Of a stretch of DNA of 64,000 nucleotides, positions 60,855-64,000 are shown in pieces. The stretch is from Planctomycetota bacterium. GTDB lineage: Bacteria; Planctomycetota; Phycisphaerae; WQYP01. The first letter of the stretch is position 1, and every line of letters begins with the position of its first letter. The translations under genes and the position numbers were made by a program. The notes beneath the pieces are model-generated. The model did no database searches. It had not been told where the DNA came from and saw only the letters and a list, made by a program, of their open reading frames with translations. The stretch is taken from the NCBI GenBank assembly GCA_021804985.1, contig JAJZGD010000002.1, positions 1,492 through 65,491 on the forward strand, in the 5' to 3' direction.

Positions 60855-60967
60855 GCCTGCTGTTGGTGCGGCCCTCAAATTAAAAACCACAAGTTGGCGA
60901 ACGCCCCAAGCGCCCTTAAACTCCCGTTTCGTTTTCATGGCATCTATTTTTGCATTCGGGAGTGCTG

Positions 60968-61777
60968 ATGGAATTCCAATTGGCGTTTATCGGGGCCGGC
61001 AACATGGCAGAGGCTATTGCCAGGGGCATTTTGGCAAGCGGTATTTTTACCGCACCTCAAATGATCGCCTGCGACCCCAATGCCGCCCGAAGACAAGTTT
61101 TTCAAACGCAGCTCGCCATCCGGGCCATAGAAAGCACCTCCGAAGCGGCAACATTGGCGTCGCGCATCTTATTGGCGGTCAAACCGCAAAAAATCGACGA
61201 AGCGCTGGGAGAACTTCAAGGCGCGATCAAACCCCACACCCCCGTTCTCAGCATTGTTGCGGCAATCACTACCGGCTTTATTGAAGGCCAATTGATCGCC
61301 AAGGCTCCCCGCCTAATACGCATCATGCCCAACACACCGATGTTGGCCGGCGCTGGCGCCAGCGGTTTATGTGCCGGCAAGTTGGCCACGCCTGAGGATA
61401 TGGCCCTGGCAGAGCGAATCTTCGGGTCTTGCGGCCTCGCCGTGCGCGTTGAAGAGCGCCTGATGGATGCCGTGACGAGCCTTTCCGGATCCGGGCCGGC
61501 GTATGTGTTCTATCTCGCGGAAGCGATGGCCGCCGCCGGTGTGCGGCAGGGCCTGCCACCCGACATTGCTGCGCAGCTTGCCCGCCAAACCATCATTGGT
61601 GCCGGTGCGTTGCTGGCGCAATCCACTGACGATGTGCCAACCCTTCGCCAAAAGGTTACCAGCCCCGGTGGATTTACGCAGGCCGCGGTTCAGGCGTTTG
61701 AGCAAGGTGACCTTGAGGGTTTGGTCGCCAGAGCCATGGACTCTGCCCTGCAACGCGGCAAAGAGCTTTCTCGCTGA
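60968..61777 (+). CDS. proC: pyrroline-5-carboxylate reductase
   Basis: FIGAGNMAEAI Rossmann motif and ProC C-terminal dimerisation region. Confidence 0.85.
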   Translation: MEFQLAFIGAGNMAEAIARGILASGIFTAPQMIACDPNAARRQVFQTQLAIRAIESTSEAATLASRILLAVKPQKIDEALGELQGAIKPHTPVLSIVAAITTGFIEGQLIAKAPRLIRIMPNTPMLAGAGASGLCAGKLATPEDMALAERIFGSCGLAVRVEERLMDAVTSLSGSGPAYVFYLAEAMAAAGVRQGLPPDIAAQLARQTIIGAGALLAQSTDDVPTLRQKVTSPGGFTQAAVQAFEQGDLEGLVARAMDSALQRGKELSR

Positions 61778-61786
61778 GGACGCCAT

Positions 61787-62155
61787 ATGTTTGCCATCGA
61801 AATTGCGGAGAGTTTTCAGGCTGCCCATCAGCTGCAACTTGCGGATGGCCAAATGGAAGATAGTCATAGCCACCTGTGGCAGGTTTTGCTGCGTGTCGGC
61901 ACCGCACGGTTAGACAGCATCGATACGGTGATGGATTTCCACCAGCTCGCGCATATGCTGCGCAACACCGTTGGCCAACTGGCCGATCGCGATCTTGGCC
62001 AAACGCCGGTGGTCGCCGGCGGAGCCAACCCCAGCGCCGAAAAAGTGGCCGAATGGATTGCGCGGCAGGTGCAACGGCAGTTGCCGACGGGAGTCGATTT
62101 AGTATTTGTCCGCATCAGCGAGGCAGAAAACTGCTGGGCGATTTACGAACCGTGA
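61787..62155 (+). CDS. queD: 6-carboxytetrahydropterin synthase / PTPS family
   Basis: About 120 aa with the ESHSHLW zinc-binding histidine motif. Confidence 0.6.
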   Translation: MFAIEIAESFQAAHQLQLADGQMEDSHSHLWQVLLRVGTARLDSIDTVMDFHQLAHMLRNTVGQLADRDLGQTPVVAGGANPSAEKVAEWIARQVQRQLPTGVDLVFVRISEAENCWAIYEP

Positions 62156-62237
62156 GCATTGGCTGGCTATGGCCAACGCTACGGCGATGCGATGCACAAT
62201 GCTATGCCACCGCCCGCCGAACGGCTAACATCATGGT

Positions 62238-62906
62238 ATGAAGCAGCCGGCGTACCCCGTCTTTATCACTCTGGAAGATCAGCCCGTTTTAGTTGTCGGG
62301 GGCGGAACGGTGGCCGCGAGAAAGATTCCCGGTTTGCTTGCCGCTGGCGGGCGGGTGCAAGTGGTTAGCCTCGAAATACATGCGGATATAAAAAACCATT
62401 CGCGCGTGCAGTGCCTCATGGGGGCTTATCAGAGCCAGATGCTTGAGGCGCCTTACCCGCGCTGGCGACTGGTGTTTGCCGCCACCAATGACCCCTGTGT
62501 CAACGAACGGGTTGCCAGCGATTGCCAGGCGTGCGGCATCCTCTGCTGCAATTGTGGAGATGCTGCCGGCGGCGATTTTTTCACCCCCGCCACCCGACAG
62601 GCGGGCACCATTACGGTTGCGGTTTCAACCAGCGGCGGTTCACCAGGCCTTGCGGCGCGTATCGCCGATGCGGCGGTGGATGCCATCACCCCCGCGCAGC
62701 GGCAGCTTGCAGGGCTGCTTTTGCAGTGGCGCGACATCATTCGGCAAACCATTCCGGATGAAGCCGCCCGGCGCGATATGATGCGAGCAGTCAGCGGCCC
62801 GCATATGATGGAGGTCCTTGAATCCGGCGGATTGCAGGCTGCGGAAGATGCGTTTCAGCAGTTGCTCCGCGACTCTCATTGGGACGCCCAGCGGCGGGAT
62901 GCCTGA
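62238..62906 (+). CDS. sirC: precorrin-2 dehydrogenase / sirohydrochlorin ferrochelatase (siroheme synthase N-terminal domain)
   Basis: LVVGGGTVAARK NAD-binding motif. Confidence 0.7.
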   Translation: MKQPAYPVFITLEDQPVLVVGGGTVAARKIPGLLAAGGRVQVVSLEIHADIKNHSRVQCLMGAYQSQMLEAPYPRWRLVFAATNDPCVNERVASDCQACGILCCNCGDAAGGDFFTPATRQAGTITVAVSTSGGSPGLAARIADAAVDAITPAQRQLAGLLLQWRDIIRQTIPDEAARRDMMRAVSGPHMMEVLESGGLQAAEDAFQQLLRDSHWDAQRRDA

Positions 62907-62912
62907 CAAAAT

Positions 62913-63779
62913 ATGTACATCCATCACGATGCACAATTGAACTGGCTTGAAATTGCGGCAGCGGCCCTGATACCCGTACTGCTGCTCGGCGCGTTTTTCC
63001 TCCAGACGAGTACTGCGAGTACCGCAACCACCGCAGGCGCGGTGACGCAAAGCCGTCGGCTGCCAGCCGGTTGGCTTGTGGCCACCGGCGCCGGGGTTCT
63101 CGTGGTGCTGCTGGCATTTCGGGCTGCGGCCGCCCATTCTCTCATTTCCACCGTCTCCGATTTTTTTGATTCTGCCATGGTTCTATCGCTGCTGCTGCTG
63201 CTGGCGTGGGCGTATTATCGTATTACCCGGCAGCTTCGGAGTTTTGCCCCATTTCTGCTGCCGATGGTGGCCATTCTTATGATCGTCGGCCTGCTGCTGA
63301 GCTTCACCGCCGAGCGGCATTTTCATGACGATAATCCATGGACAATGATCCACGTGGTGAGTGTACTTTTGGGACTCGCTTGCTTCGCGGTCGGATGTGT
63401 TGCGGGCGCCGTGTATCTGCTTTCGCAGGCGCAGCTGCGCCGCCGCGGTCGAGGCGGATGGACATTTCCCGGGCTTCCCCCGCTGGACCGGCTCGAGCGC
63501 TTTACCCGACACAGCATTGTGCTGGGTTTTCCGCTTCTAACGCTGGCGGCGATCAGCGGCATTTTCCGGGCCGTGGAAGACCCACGGGCGCTTGGGCATC
63601 AATGGTATTTTTCCCCTAAAGTACTCCTGACGTTTGTGGCGTGGCTGGTGTATGCGTCGCTGCTGCACGTGAAACTTGCACCCGCACTGCGCGGGTCCCG
63701 GTGTGCGTGGTTGAGTGTTCTTGGCTTTGCATTGTTGCTGACGGTTTTGATCGCCGCCAACTGGATGCCGCATGGATAA
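62913..63779 (+). CDS. CcsA/HemX-family cytochrome c assembly membrane protein
   Basis: Polytopic membrane protein immediately upstream of hemA; Trp-rich region. Confidence 0.5.
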   Translation: MYIHHDAQLNWLEIAAAALIPVLLLGAFFLQTSTASTATTAGAVTQSRRLPAGWLVATGAGVLVVLLAFRAAAAHSLISTVSDFFDSAMVLSLLLLLAWAYYRITRQLRSFAPFLLPMVAILMIVGLLLSFTAERHFHDDNPWTMIHVVSVLLGLACFAVGCVAGAVYLLSQAQLRRRGRGGWTFPGLPPLDRLERFTRHSIVLGFPLLTLAAISGIFRAVEDPRALGHQWYFSPKVLLTFVAWLVYASLLHVKLAPALRGSRCAWLSVLGFALLLTVLIAANWMPHG

Positions 63780-63785
63780 AGCGTA

Positions 63786-64000
63786 ATGGAATCAATGATT
63801 CCCCATCCTTATACACTTCTGATGGTCGGTATTAATCACCGAACTTCGCCACTGGAAGTGCGCGAAAAACTTGCTGCCAGCGATACCGAGGCGGTCGCCT
63901 TTTTACAGTCGCTATCCGCACAGCAGCCCCACGCCGAGTTCATGTTTCTATCCACCTGCAACCGGGTGGAAATATATGCGGCGTTTCCGGCGGGAATGGA
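63786..64000 (+). CDS. hemA: glutamyl-tRNA reductase, N-terminal part (continues past window end)
   Basis: MESMIPHPYTLLMVGINHRTSPLEVREKLA..FLSTCNRVEIY, the HemA N-terminus with its catalytic Cys context. Confidence 0.8.
   Translation, partial: MESMIPHPYTLLMVGINHRTSPLEVREKLAASDTEAVAFLQSLSAQQPHAEFMFLSTCNRVEIYAAFPAGM

Overview
This is a GC-rich bacterial chromosomal segment. The gene content suggests a Planctomycetota-, Verrucomicrobiota- or Lentisphaerota-like organism, based on a prepilin-type 'DUF1559-like' protein, GH28/GH2 glycosidases, and LPS heptose/lipid A genes. Positions ~13.4-64 kb carry ordinary housekeeping and envelope genes, mostly in short operons. They include pyrG, hldE-gmhB-lpxK, leuS, tadA, an RND efflux tripartite operon, a PAS-GAF-GGDEF-EAL signalling protein, a metH/ahcY methyl-cycle cluster, a cobA-hemD/sirC/hemA tetrapyrrole cluster, and two tRNAs.

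The first ~13.3 kb is a minus-strand defence island. Its gene order is an HTH-SNF2 helicase with a C-terminal DUF3883 domain, then a DUF3800 protein, then an Abi_C/HEPN-like protein, then a DUF1156 N6-adenine DNA methyltransferase, then a small coupled ORF, then a DUF499 GGGKTH ATPase that runs off the window start. This is the uncharacterised DUF499/DUF1156/helicase triad with two extra genes.

The methyltransferase gene has been invaded by a previously undescribed family of selfish elements. Each element is bounded by 25-bp inverted repeats and contains tandem 18-bp repeats. Every copy is inserted in the same orientation and in frame, adding Gly-Ser-Asp-Ile-Gly hexapeptide arrays. An IS-like unit (perfect 25-bp inverted repeats around an IS200-like HuH Y1 transposase domain) is also embedded in frame, so the ~5 kb ORF remains open. 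The first ~150 bp of the methylase gene, with its RBS, occurs three times as direct repeats flanking element copies, which suggests Campbell-type integration or a recombination substrate.
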